Shown piece after piece: positions 1 to 10,923 of a stretch of DNA of 64,000 nt (position 1 is the first letter of the stretch; the number at the start of each line of letters is the position of its first letter). This stretch comes from Picochlorum sp. SENEW3 (taxonomy: Eukaryota), in assembly GCA_034226945.1 (NCBI GenBank), contig CP120456.1, positions 868,001 through 932,000 on the forward strand, written 5' to 3'. The notes under the pieces were generated by a model. That model did no database searches and had not been told where the DNA came from. It saw only the letters and a program-made list of their open reading frames with translations. Position numbers and translations under genes: made by a program.

Positions 1-15
1 GAAGTTGAAGAAAAC

Positions 16-1311
16 ATGTCACATGGCATGCCCGAGACCAATGTCGATGGATCGACACAACCAGAGGAAAAACCTCACCAGGGCTCTGAGGATGACGCAA
101 ATAAGGATGAGAAAAATCTGAAAAAGAAGAGAAAGGTGGCCATATTTTTATCCTATGTGGGTCATGGGTATCAAGGAATGCAGCGTAATCCTGGCTGTAA
201 GACGATTGAGGACGATTTGTTCGAAGCATTGCATAAATCTGGAGCAATATCAGATGCCAACGCGGACGATTCAGGGTTTCAGAAGATACATTGGGCTAGA
301 GCGGCAAGGACTGATAAGGGAGTGTCAGCCATGTGTCAGGTGGTTTCTTTGATGATGATCCCGTATCCTGATGATCTCATTGAGAGAATAAACAGCAACT
401 TGCCTGATGTGATACATGTATTAGGGTATCAGAGGGTGGTGAGGGGTTTTGATGCGAGAAAAACATGTGATCAACGGCGCTATGAGTATATTTTCCCTGC
501 ATGGGTGTTTGATCCATCTGTGCAATCTGTGAGCCAAGGTGGTGAGCCATCTGTAGCTGATGAGAAGGATGAATCTCTCACAAATAGTAAACGACGTCGT
601 GTTTTGACGGAGAGGGATCCTAATTTTGTGTTTGATGAGGCGTGTGCTGCAAAGATGACATCCATTTTACAGCAATTTGAAGGGACGCATAATTTTCACA
701 ACTATACGGTGAAAATGGATCCCAATTCACCGCAAGCAAAGCGATTCATGCTGAAGTTTGAATGCAACGGTACATTTGAGATTGATGGAGAGCCTTGGGT
801 GAGAATGACTGTGTTGGGTCAGTCGTTTATACTCCATCAGATTAGGAAAATGGTCGGGATGGCGATCGCAGAGTATAAAGGAATAGCTCCAGAGGGAAGT
901 TTGAAATACGCATTGAAAGCCAGGCAGCGCATAGTTGTTCCAATGGCCCCAGACCTTGGTTTGTTCTTGGATGAGTGCATATTCAAAGCATACAATGACA
1001 GGTGGAAAGATCTGCATGGGCCGCTCTCATTCGATGTGTATCGGGATGAAGTTGAAAAGTTCAAAATGGCAAAGTTGTACCCTAGTCTAGCACGCCGTGA
1101 TAGAGAAGAGAACGTGAATGCATCGTGGTTGCAAGGAATACATGAGGATGCATTTAAATTTAGCACATGGAAATCTGGCAAACCCACGGGCGCATTAGTT
1201 GGATCGAAAAAGAGAAAAAATGAACAAAAACAAACTGAGAAGGCTTTGAATAAAAAGATGCAAGCTCCCCCGAGCCTTATGGCGCATTTGTCGGCAGAAT
1301 ATTCTGATTGA
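16..1311 (+). CDS. PUS1: tRNA pseudouridine synthase, TruA/Pus1 family
   Basis: Intronless 431-aa ORF with LSYVGHGYQGMQRNP, catalytic AARTDKGVSA, GTHNFHNYT and GQSFILHQIRKMVG motifs. Confidence 0.93.
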   Translation: MSHGMPETNVDGSTQPEEKPHQGSEDDANKDEKNLKKKRKVAIFLSYVGHGYQGMQRNPGCKTIEDDLFEALHKSGAISDANADDSGFQKIHWARAARTDKGVSAMCQVVSLMMIPYPDDLIERINSNLPDVIHVLGYQRVVRGFDARKTCDQRRYEYIFPAWVFDPSVQSVSQGGEPSVADEKDESLTNSKRRRVLTERDPNFVFDEACAAKMTSILQQFEGTHNFHNYTVKMDPNSPQAKRFMLKFECNGTFEIDGEPWVRMTVLGQSFILHQIRKMVGMAIAEYKGIAPEGSLKYALKARQRIVVPMAPDLGLFLDECIFKAYNDRWKDLHGPLSFDVYRDEVEKFKMAKLYPSLARRDREENVNASWLQGIHEDAFKFSTWKSGKPTGALVGSKKRKNEQKQTEKALNKKMQAPPSLMAHLSAEYSD

Positions 1312-1404
1312 ACACTTGAATCTTCTTCTTCTTTTTGTTGTTCTTGTTGACAAATCTATTCATGTATCACATCCTCATGTACATTTGTCAGATTTCTTTT
1401 ATTT

Positions 1405-2625
1405 CTAACATTCTATAGAATACCACAAGCGGTGCAATAGTATCGATTCTGCTGTTCTAGAGTCATCTAGAGATGGAATGTGACAAAAACGTATTGCATC
1501 AGTAGCGTGTGCATGTTCACTCAAATCCTCGATGCAAAGATGGGGTTCCACTTTGACAGCATTCAAGAATTTTTCTAGGGTTGTGTCTGATCGCCGTCTA
1601 GTGGACAAGTACACATATGATGGATTTGTACTCTCATCACCATGACGAAGCTGATACATGTACTCCAATATTTCGGCAATCAACGGAACAATGGTGGGTA
1701 TTATTTCTGGATCGTACAAAATATCTGCCCCAAGCACACACAATGGTGCACTCGTGTTGGTATGATTGTTCAATGCTTCCTGCAGCATCTCATCTTGTAC
1801 CAACGAATGCCAACCATGTTCCCATTGAAAGCACTTCATCATAACAGGACGACACGTATGCTCCTGCTGCTCATATCCATGACAAGACCCAATGTTGATA
1901 CCATTCCTCTTCATATTGGATGCACAGTTTTGCAATGTCTCTTCATTCCCATCTGTTGCCAGGACTGGACTATTCCCACACAGTCTGGACAATACGATCG
2001 TTACCATCCCACACCCACATCCAATCTCCATACACACCCTATTTTGAAAGATTTCTGGATGACTCATAACATATTCAGCCATAAAATACCCAGCATCCCA
2101 TTCAAAACAGCCCGTGCTCCCTTCAAACATGTTCACATGTGACCAAATTTCAATATCATCACAACATTCTTTCCCACAATCATTCATTCCTGTATATGTG
2201 TATCGTTTTCGTAACCAACTACTGCATTCCATTCCGCCCATATCCTCTCTCCTTTGCTCCATGTTCAGATCAACCAATGCATTCCCAACAACATCAGCAA
2301 CCACAGCAGAGCCATCCCGTTCAATCTCCTTCATCAGCGCATGAAGCAACCTCTTCCAATAGACTATATCACCTTGACCCAACGTCTCCTCACTCCATTC
2401 TTCATCCCTCAGACACGTCTTAATGAACCATTCCTGAACGTCCTCAGTCAACCCCAACTGGGTCACCAGGTCCCGAACCACAAGGGTTGTAGGCTGTTTC
2501 GATCGACACAGACACTGAATTTTACACTTGATATCATCAATAGTGTGGTCATTCGTAGCTTTGGGGGGCGTTGGGATACCATTGGAATCGTCCAAACTCC
2601 CAGAGTTGTTCTCACTGGTCGTCAT
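1405..2625 (-). CDS. Protein-lysine N-methyltransferase, EEF2KMT/FAM86-like (Methyltransf_16)
   Basis: GSTGCFEWDAGYFMAEY, EIGCGCG SAM-binding motif and GADILYDP. The start is placed at the first plausible ATG (MTTSENN). Confidence 0.8.
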   Translation of the reverse strand: MTTSENNSGSLDDSNGIPTPPKATNDHTIDDIKCKIQCLCRSKQPTTLVVRDLVTQLGLTEDVQEWFIKTCLRDEEWSEETLGQGDIVYWKRLLHALMKEIERDGSAVVADVVGNALVDLNMEQRREDMGGMECSSWLRKRYTYTGMNDCGKECCDDIEIWSHVNMFEGSTGCFEWDAGYFMAEYVMSHPEIFQNRVCMEIGCGCGMVTIVLSRLCGNSPVLATDGNEETLQNCASNMKRNGINIGSCHGYEQQEHTCRPVMMKCFQWEHGWHSLVQDEMLQEALNNHTNTSAPLCVLGADILYDPEIIPTIVPLIAEILEYMYQLRHGDESTNPSYVYLSTRRRSDTTLEKFLNAVKVEPHLCIEDLSEHAHATDAIRFCHIPSLDDSRTAESILLHRLWYSIEC

Positions 2626-2918
2626 GGTCAAAGCAACGACCACACCCAAACTAATAACATTCTGGAAGAGTATCAATTGAAAATTAATGCCATATCGCTG
2701 TGTCGTAGGCCAAGCAGAAGGAATTCGAAGAGTATGAGATGCACGCATAATACCCTACACATCGATCATTAGGGTTTTTATATCTAAGTACGGTTGCAGA
2801 AGACCTGAAGCGCTCCCATGTAGAAGAAAACTGCATCAAACCACTCATTGTCCACAGATCTGCTAGATCTACCATAGTAAATACATAATTGATCAATTAT
2901 ATATGGTACATTGTTAAT

Positions 2919-4844
2919 ATGGCGTGCCACGGAGTGAGGTGTGAGTGTCGACTCAAAACGGAAGCGTTCACGTCGACGTCTCTGAGAACCTCAAGACCGA
3001 TGCAACATCTATTGTTGTCACATAGAGATGCATTACATGGTAGATTAGATACATCTATAAATGTATTATCAGCGATGCGAGGTTCTTTGAACTCTCGCTC
3101 GGGAATGCTCTCTCACGGCCACGGAATTACCCGTCAGGGAGTATCTCGAGCTGTCGATTGCGGTGCATTTGGGAAGAAGAAGAATGAAGGATCGTTGGAT
3201 GATCGTATTGCATCTGGAGAATTCGATGACTCTGGTTCTACGAAGGAGAAGATGACAAGACCTCTTCGAAAGGCCCTGGCCAAGGATCCCCTGGGGGTCG
3301 GGCGTGCATTGTCCTTTTGGTTAGCCAAATTAGGAATCCAGTGGAGGAGGATTGCTGCTGAAAGGATGCCTACTGCAACTGGCGATATTCGAGAGATTGT
3401 GGGTCAGCCTGTATTCATACCATTGTATTCATTGTTCAGGATTTACGGCAAAGTGTTTCGATTGAGTTTCGGGCCAAAATCTTTTGTTATTGTATCAGAT
3501 TCTGAAGTTGCAAAGCATGTGTTGTTGACGAATGCAAATAATTATTCAAAGGGATTGTTGTCTGAGATTTTAGACTTTGTCATGGGGACTGGATTGATTC
3601 CTGCTGATGGGGAGATTTGGAAGGTTCGCAGGAGAGCTATCTTGCCTGCGTTGCACAAAAAGTACATTGATGCGATGATTACAATGTTTGGTGAGAGTGC
3701 TCTGCACGGGTCCGAGGTGATGAAGAAGTATGCAGAGAAGGGGGAGGCTGTGGAGATGGAAAATTTCTTTTCGCGTTTAGCGTTGGATATAATCGGAAAG
3801 GCAGTGTTTAATTACGAGTTTGATTCGTTGACAAATGATGATCCTGTGATTAAAGCAGTGTACACAGTTTTGAGAGAGGCAGAATACAGGTCTACATACC
3901 CCATCCCATATTGGAATGTTCCTCCTTTGAAAGCAATTGTGCCACGGCAGCGGGAGTGCGATGAGGCGTTGAACATAGTGACCAATACATTGAATGATTT
4001 GATTGCAAAGTGCAAAAAGATGGTGGAGGAGAATGATGAGGAATTTGTTGAAGAGTTCCTGAGCAAAGCTGATCCATCCATTTTGCACTTTTTAATTGCA
4101 TCTGGAGATCAGATAACATCAAAGCAGTTGAGGGATGATCTGATGACTTTGCTTATTGCGGGGCACGAGACGACTGCCGCAGTGCTCACCTGGACAATGC
4201 ATTGCATTGTGGGTGATCCTGATGTGACTAGAAGGCTTCAAGAGGAAGCGGATGAGGTGTTGGGCGATAGGCTTCCAACGTTGGAGGATTTGAAGAATTT
4301 GAAGTTCACTACGCGAGTGATCAATGAAGCAATGAGACTCTATCCTCAGCCACCTGTACTGATCAGGCGTGCCCTTGATGACGATGTACTTGGTGGGTAC
4401 AAGGTTGAGAAGGGAAGCGACTTGTTTATTTCAGTTTGGAATCTGCATAGAAACCCAGGATACTGGACAAATCCAGATAAATTCGACCCTGATAGATTCC
4501 CAATCGATGGGCCAATGCCGAATGAAGTGACTGAAGACTATCGATATCTTCCTTTCGGTGGAGGTAAGAGAAAATGCATTGGAGACCAGTTTGCTCTGTT
4601 TGAATCTGCCGCATCCTTGGCAGTATTGATGAGAAGATTTGATTTCTCCCGACCAGAGGATGCTCCAGAGGTAGGAATGACCACTGGTGCGACCATTCAT
4701 ACAACGAATGGTTTATATTTAAAACCAACGCCACGAACTATTGGGGCGTCGTCAGAGGATGTGTCTTCACCTCCCAATTCTGTTCCGATGGCCATGGCAT
4801 TCACAGAGGAGAATGAATCATCACGTAGGGTTGACAGGCTGTAA
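2919..4844 (+). CDS. CYP97A: Cytochrome P450 CYP97A, carotenoid beta-ring hydroxylase (LUT5-like), with plastid transit peptide
   Basis: YSKGLLSEILDFVMGTGLIPADGEIW, AGHETTAA, EAMRLYPQPP and heme motif FGGGKRKCIGDQFA. The N-terminus is S/R-rich. Confidence 0.93.
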   Translation: MACHGVRCECRLKTEAFTSTSLRTSRPMQHLLLSHRDALHGRLDTSINVLSAMRGSLNSRSGMLSHGHGITRQGVSRAVDCGAFGKKKNEGSLDDRIASGEFDDSGSTKEKMTRPLRKALAKDPLGVGRALSFWLAKLGIQWRRIAAERMPTATGDIREIVGQPVFIPLYSLFRIYGKVFRLSFGPKSFVIVSDSEVAKHVLLTNANNYSKGLLSEILDFVMGTGLIPADGEIWKVRRRAILPALHKKYIDAMITMFGESALHGSEVMKKYAEKGEAVEMENFFSRLALDIIGKAVFNYEFDSLTNDDPVIKAVYTVLREAEYRSTYPIPYWNVPPLKAIVPRQRECDEALNIVTNTLNDLIAKCKKMVEENDEEFVEEFLSKADPSILHFLIASGDQITSKQLRDDLMTLLIAGHETTAAVLTWTMHCIVGDPDVTRRLQEEADEVLGDRLPTLEDLKNLKFTTRVINEAMRLYPQPPVLIRRALDDDVLGGYKVEKGSDLFISVWNLHRNPGYWTNPDKFDPDRFPIDGPMPNEVTEDYRYLPFGGGKRKCIGDQFALFESAASLAVLMRRFDFSRPEDAPEVGMTTGATIHTTNGLYLKPTPRTIGASSEDVSSPPNSVPMAMAFTEENESSRRVDRL

Positions 4845-4904
4845 ATGTCTTGCATGTTGTGATTTCATACAATTTTCATAGTAATATCATATCGTATATA
4901 GATA

Positions 4905-6731
4905 TCAGCGCCTTTTCTCCTTTTCTTGCTTCAGAGAATCATCAATCATAACCTCTGCCATGACTGCCATGGCAAGCAGAGCATTTGGTGTCAATTTTCC
5001 TGCAATCAGAGGGCTCTTTAAATCGGATATAGCAGCATTTCCTATGTGTTGAATTGATAGCATTAGATTCAACATTTCTGGCGATACATCGTCGACCCAC
5101 CCAACCCGAGTAAACTCTGGTGTCCATACCCATGCAGGAAGTGAGCCCTTGGTGCAAAAGCTGCACCCAGAGTCCTTACACTTGTTGCACATAGGCCTCT
5201 CTGCCATCATTATGGCAGCTGTAGCTTGCATAAATGGACATAATTTCAGATTTGGCGCATGCCATCCTCTACAATACGGGCACTGTTGGCTCTTGAATGT
5301 TGATGGACGCATCCAAATTGGCGAACGCTCTTGGGCAAACAAAATGTCAGAGCCTTCTCTCCTTGCAGTATCTATCGATTTCAGCATGTTGTAATATCCT
5401 CCATCATCCCTCTGTCGTTCTCGAATAGGATACTCGTACTTTACAAACGAATCATCCTCAAGAATTTCATCACGCACAGCCTTGGCCTCTTTAGCCATGA
5501 CACTTCTGAGTCTCAGATTCATTTGTCTGTGCCCTGCTTCTGTCCTCTTCTTTATAAAGTCCCTCTTTTTTATCGTGGGGAACGGAATCATCCATTGAAA
5601 ATCACCTGGATTTCTATCGTATGTTGTCTCCTCTTTGACCTCGTCATGATCAGGAGTGTCCTCCTGAACAGCGCTAGGAACCACCTTGTCTTTGGAACGA
5701 GGCTCCAGTTCTGGCACAGGGTATTTCCCTTCCAACTCCTTCATTATCGCAGTAGCAATATCTTTCTCGTTTTTAGACTTTGCGTAACGATACGCTTTCC
5801 TATACGCCATAGATTCGAGCCCCTCTATCGACATCTGCGCATGTTCTCTGGTCCGATACCCCAATTCTCTGCCTGTCAGAGACCTGACGCAGGCCATTCC
5901 CGACCAAGGCTGCTTACACGCAGGGCACACCCCACAAGGTATCGTGTGAAATTTGTACAATGGATTCTTATCATACATCCTTTTGCGCTCCTCAGCAAAC
6001 TGCTTCTGTTGCGCAATTCTCCGGAAATGCAAGCTGCTGACTTCTGTATGACGACTATGTTTAGATTTTGCTACAGTTTGCACCATCTGCTTCCCTTGCT
6101 GAACAAGAGATACTAAATAGTGACTCAAATCCACTCCATAGCGCTGGAAATATCCATTTGGGTCGTAGTTTGAAAGCGGAAAATTCAAATGCTCCTCTGC
6201 ATCACCCCTCCCCAAGATGGAAATAAGAGCCTTGTCAGCTGCTCGTGCCGCACTCTCCGCTGTCGGATATTTTGCCCCAAATTTGACAAAAGCCTTTTTA
6301 TTTTTCATCCGATGAACAGAATATTTAGGAATGAGCACCTCCCATCTATCCCACTGTGGGTGCTTCTGTATTCGATCATAGTGCTCCTCATGATTGTCAA
6401 CAGGCCTTCCTGTGCCCTTATCAGCATCAAGTTCCATACCACGTCCATTAGAATTTGAACTTGCGTCTATAGTACGTTGACTCGCTCCATCCGATGTACT
6501 CGCCAGCATGTGCGACACTTCCCTGGCATCCAGTTCTTCTTGTTCTTCTTCATTGTGATCATCATGCCTCTTTTGTCTCTTTCGCTGCCCCTCCGTCTTC
6601 CCAGGCTCCTCATCAATAGTTTCCTTCTCAAGAGTAGCATCATCACCAGCGCTGCTATTCAATTCGGATATATCGAGCGGCTGCTCTTGTGAAGTTTCAT
6701 GCCTGCTCCTGCTCCTCGTCCGTGGGGGCAT
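4905..6731 (-). CDS. Putative nuclear protein with a degenerate AP2-like domain and Cys-rich zinc-binding motifs
   Basis: 608-aa ORF. AP2-like segment RWEVLI...FGAKYPTAESAARAADKALISILG...LNFPLSNY; CGVCPAC..C; CPYCRGWH....C; CNKC...CSFC. Confidence 0.6.
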   Translation of the reverse strand: MPPRTRSRSRHETSQEQPLDISELNSSAGDDATLEKETIDEEPGKTEGQRKRQKRHDDHNEEEQEELDAREVSHMLASTSDGASQRTIDASSNSNGRGMELDADKGTGRPVDNHEEHYDRIQKHPQWDRWEVLIPKYSVHRMKNKKAFVKFGAKYPTAESAARAADKALISILGRGDAEEHLNFPLSNYDPNGYFQRYGVDLSHYLVSLVQQGKQMVQTVAKSKHSRHTEVSSLHFRRIAQQKQFAEERKRMYDKNPLYKFHTIPCGVCPACKQPWSGMACVRSLTGRELGYRTREHAQMSIEGLESMAYRKAYRYAKSKNEKDIATAIMKELEGKYPVPELEPRSKDKVVPSAVQEDTPDHDEVKEETTYDRNPGDFQWMIPFPTIKKRDFIKKRTEAGHRQMNLRLRSVMAKEAKAVRDEILEDDSFVKYEYPIRERQRDDGGYYNMLKSIDTARREGSDILFAQERSPIWMRPSTFKSQQCPYCRGWHAPNLKLCPFMQATAAIMMAERPMCNKCKDSGCSFCTKGSLPAWVWTPEFTRVGWVDDVSPEMLNLMLSIQHIGNAAISDLKSPLIAGKLTPNALLAMAVMAEVMIDDSLKQEKEKRR

Positions 6732-7091
6732 TCTCTATTCCCTACTCTTTCAGAGACTCATAGTAGGCATTTTTTCCTTCAAGTGTACAATATAGTGCAT
6801 GAAGAAATGCATGCATGGGTCTGTGTGTCTGTTCATATGTTTCTGATTTTGAAAAGAATGGCGATACTAGAGAAGAGATCTCTTGAGATCTCGACGTTAA
6901 CGTTTTGTTCAAATTCGATTCAAGGAATTCTATTTGAACGAAGAGAACTTTTTGTCATCTGCGATACAAACAAGGTTAAATCCGCCATTACCTCATTAAG
7001 AAATGCTATTATGATACGAAAATGTAAATAGTAGGTATGAAGAGAGGCTATATAAACGTGGTATGATGATTGCGGTCAGAAAGGATTTCTC

Positions 7092-8236
7092 ATGAACGAC
7101 CAGTTGCGGACAGGGGCGGTCGATGTCGACATTGTTCTGCATTGCTTGCCTCCTAGCATTCGAGATAAACTCAAGGATGCAGGATTTCGTTCAGATTCCG
7201 ATTTGGTGGGTATTCAGCCACTGGAACTTGCATCGGGTGCGTTGGATCCTACATGGTGGTGTTTGAAACAGGGCATTTCTGACGAGTAATGATGGTGCGT
7301 ACAGAGGCAAATATGACACATGAAGACGCTCTTTTAGTATTGAAATCACTCTCGACGAGCGATTCAGATGCTTTGCGGACTGCACAATCCGCGAGAGATA
7401 TTTATGAACGGGAACAGAGGAGCAAGTGTATTGTCACCTTTAGTATGGATCTGGACAGAGTGCTTGGAGGTGGGATACGTACAGGGCAGATGACGGAGTT
7501 TTGTGGCGCTCCAGGGATTGGTAAAACTCAGATAGGGATGCAGTTGGCTGTGAATGTGCAAGTGCCGCTGTCTTTTAATGGACTGGAGGGCGAGGCTGTG
7601 TACATTGATACAGAAGGTAGCTTTGCTCCACAGCGATGCTTGGCCATGGCCACTGCCTTTTGTAAGCATTTAGAGAAGGTAGCTGTTGCTAGAAATGATG
7701 CAGTGCGGATATCGGATGCGCAGAAATTGGATCCTCACGATATCTTGGAGAGGATTCATTACTTTCGTGTCAGGGATTCAACAGAGCAATTGGCTGTGGT
7801 GGAGACACTGCAATCATTCATTGCGAGCCACCCAAAGGTCAAGGTCATCATTATAGACTCAATAGCGTTTCATTTTAGGCAGGATTTTGATGATATGAGT
7901 CTTCGAACTCGCCGGCTATCTCAGATGGCGCAAACACTGATGAGCATTGCGCATACTCATGATATTGCCATTGTCTTGATGAATCACGTAACAACCAAGA
8001 TTTTAGGAGAGGGTAAAAGCAGGATTGTGCCTGCTCTAGGGGACTCGTGGGCTCATGCGGCTACTAATAGATTAATTTGTTACTGGAAGGATAGGAAACG
8101 GTACGCATTTTTATTCAAATCTCCTCATCTGCCTGCAGCAGCAGCAGAATTTCGGATCAGTAAAGATGGGGTGAGGACAGCAAAGACATCCCAGCCAGGT
8201 ACAAAGCGCCCATATGAAGAGTCAAAACCATCCTAA
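7092..8236 (+). CDS. RAD51C: DNA repair protein RAD51 paralog C (2 exons; intron 7237-7304)
   Basis: Walker A GAPGIGKTQ, YIDTEGSF, IIDSIAFHFR and PALGDSWAHA. The GT..AG intron joins the 7092 and 7289 ORFs in frame. Confidence 0.9.
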
Positions 8237-8239
8237 GAT

Positions 8240-9835
8240 TTATGCATTGTGCCACCAGGGATGACCAGCTTGAAATGCGACGGGCTCTGACGAGCCAAAG
8301 ATGCTCCCGTCGTGGGCATACAACTGATAGGCTTGCAGTGCTATAGCACCTTCTGGTTCCTCTGCGAGCCGACGTCCATGTTCATCTCTCACATATTGAC
8401 ATTCATCGTCAATTTTAGATTCTCCATCGTTATCTCGCTGTCGTGCATATGATAACAAACCCTGGCGGACAGATTCAGATGTCAGAGGAGCATAGAGAGA
8501 ATCACGAATGATTGGAAATCCAGCAGCTGACAATTGCGCTCTAATCTGATGCGTTCTACCAGTAAGTAATTCAATATCAAGCTCATATATAACATGGGTA
8601 TCTGGACAAAGATACCCACGAATGCCGTCCAACTCGTTCGCTCCATGAACAATCATTCGACACTCGACAGATTGTAGCACCTTTCCAGTATTCCGCATTG
8701 GCACAGGCCCCATCACTCCATCGTCAACAATCAATGTCAAGTACGGCAAATCTTTCAACTTGAAATTCATAATGGCTCGATGCGTCATGTCACCCAAAAT
8801 ATCACGAATACGAGCATCATGGTTGTCCTTGGGGACCAAGACAGCAGCCCTATACCATTTTTGAATCCTTCCATTCATCGACGCATTGAACCGTCCTACA
8901 AATTTTGAGTTTTTTCCTATAATCACTAATCCTTCAGTAGGGTGATCAATTCTAGTTGTTACGAAAAGCGACTCCATGGCGACCCGTGCTGCTTCTACAT
9001 GCGATGCCCCCAAGGCTCCACACGCTGTTCCACTGAGAACATTTTCTACGGCATTATCCACCGTCGGCGGCACAGGCAGCCCCCCTGGCTTATCCATCAC
9101 AATATAATCATCTCCTTGTGCAACAACCCTCGATGCCCAATCAACCTCATAAAACAGATTGAATCTCTTTGGCACCAAGTGGACCCTCACATAGGAAAAC
9201 AGTGGCACAACTGTATCTTCATCCATCACACGCCTCACTTTTGACAACGTCTGCCGCTCTCGATGATCCATTCTATCAAATTCCCCACTCTCCTTGATAT
9301 ACGCAAGCGCCTCCTCCCTGTACCCCGATATACAATCTCTCACCTTTGGATCAATGGATGGAGGTGTTGCTGGAGCTATTCGAGACATATGAACTGCACC
9401 AAAATATAACAACCTCTCAACCACATCCTCCGGAAGAGACAAGAAATCCCTGATAATCTCCGACAGTCGCATCGTCTCGTGACGATTATGGACAATGAGG
9501 TGTTCCACCCAGGCAGGAGCTAGACCCAGTCGCTTCCTCCTCATCCTCCACGATGACTCATTCTCTAAAGTACCATCATGCTCCGACAAAATACATCTCA
9601 AATCTTCAACACGAGGACCATTCGCATCCTCAGAGAATGGCATCCCATCGACTGAAAAATCGTTCTTCTTCGCCATGCGCATGTCCCCACCCCAAAACTG
9701 CTTGAGCGAATCCCCACCGGCCTCCGCCTGAGACACCGATAGCCTTACAACCCTTTCTGAATATTTACAAACCCTTTGCCGAACACAATCGAGAGAAACG
9801 ATAGACAATGCTGTATGCGTCTGTCTACCCAACAT
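8240..9835 (-). CDS. RluA-family RNA pseudouridine synthase, probably organellar
   Basis: MDKPGGLPV, catalytic TRIDHPTEG and LLTGRTHQIRAQL motifs, with a transit-peptide-like N-terminus. Confidence 0.85.
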   Translation of the reverse strand: MLGRQTHTALSIVSLDCVRQRVCKYSERVVRLSVSQAEAGGDSLKQFWGGDMRMAKKNDFSVDGMPFSEDANGPRVEDLRCILSEHDGTLENESSWRMRRKRLGLAPAWVEHLIVHNRHETMRLSEIIRDFLSLPEDVVERLLYFGAVHMSRIAPATPPSIDPKVRDCISGYREEALAYIKESGEFDRMDHRERQTLSKVRRVMDEDTVVPLFSYVRVHLVPKRFNLFYEVDWASRVVAQGDDYIVMDKPGGLPVPPTVDNAVENVLSGTACGALGASHVEAARVAMESLFVTTRIDHPTEGLVIIGKNSKFVGRFNASMNGRIQKWYRAAVLVPKDNHDARIRDILGDMTHRAIMNFKLKDLPYLTLIVDDGVMGPVPMRNTGKVLQSVECRMIVHGANELDGIRGYLCPDTHVIYELDIELLTGRTHQIRAQLSAAGFPIIRDSLYAPLTSESVRQGLLSYARQRDNDGESKIDDECQYVRDEHGRRLAEEPEGAIALQAYQLYAHDGSIFGSSEPVAFQAGHPWWHNA

Positions 9836-9979
9836 GCTCCCTCCACAACGTGCCTACTTCAACACGCTGTTACATTGCATGACGTATACAATACGTGATA
9901 CTACCAATATCAAAAGTATTATTACTACTACCAAACTATTGAAACAGTCTACTTATAAATACGAGAGCAAGGATCACAT

Positions 9980-10479
9980 CTACTGCCAAGCCCCAACAGG
10001 CTGTGCTGGGGGCATCCATCGAGTTTTATACATTCCTTCCTCTCCTGAATCTCCCAACACCGCAGCCTGCTTCTTCTGCAACACTTGGTACTCTTTTAAC
10101 CATCTTCTATCCTCTTCTGCCTGTAAGAATGGAATCAATGCCTTTCTTGCTCTGACAATTTCATCCTTCTCCTCCCGTCGGGCATGATTACCCTGACCGA
10201 CTCTATAGAACCCATACGCCATGACAACAGCTCCAACAGCAAACAATGTCACTCCTGTTGGCCCTGTACTGGGAATTCGTCGAGCGTATCGGATGGATGG
10301 AAAACCTCCTGGGGGTGGGCCATCTTGAGAGACTGGCAAGTCCTTAATGGACTGCAATCATACCATGTGGATTTATACGTGTTAGTAAGTACATTACTGG
10401 AGGTGTTTCGATCCATCAGTGTGAAAATAACCGTGCGTACCTTCATCCCTGGAGCTCCCCGTCGGACAAACTCGGACAT
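9980..10479 (-). CDS. NDUFA13: NADH:ubiquinone oxidoreductase subunit B16.6/GRIM-19 (2 exons; intron 10352-10440)
   Basis: MSEFVRRGAPGMK|SIKDLPVSQDGPPPGGF...IPFLQAEEDRR, with canonical splice sites. Confidence 0.92.
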
Positions 10480-10923
10480 ATTTGGGTGGGTTTCAATTCA
10501 GTTCAATGGTATCTTCTACTATTGCTACTGAATGAACCAACAACAGTTTTGATTCGCAAAAAGATGATGAGTTTTTTGGAATGACAAGGAACATCTAGAG
10601 AAAGAAGAACTGTTTGTACCATAGAGGGACTGCGTTGATGGGAGAATGGGCGTGGGATAGACAGTCTGTTCACGTGCATCTATGATACCAATCACTGGAG
10701 TGCAATGAACTCGGTTCTGTTGCACACTTCCAAATTAAAAAATACTATAGAAGGACATCGTGAGAAATAGGAACCGATTGTCATCGTTTTTCAGAAGTGA
10801 ACCATGCATTTCATGCACGGATTCGAGCGTAAATAAGCATTGGGGGGTTTTTCTTGCTGTAGTATCCTTTAATTGCGTATAAAAGTGTCATAGGAAAAAG
10901 GATCTGTCGTATAGGAACGCATT

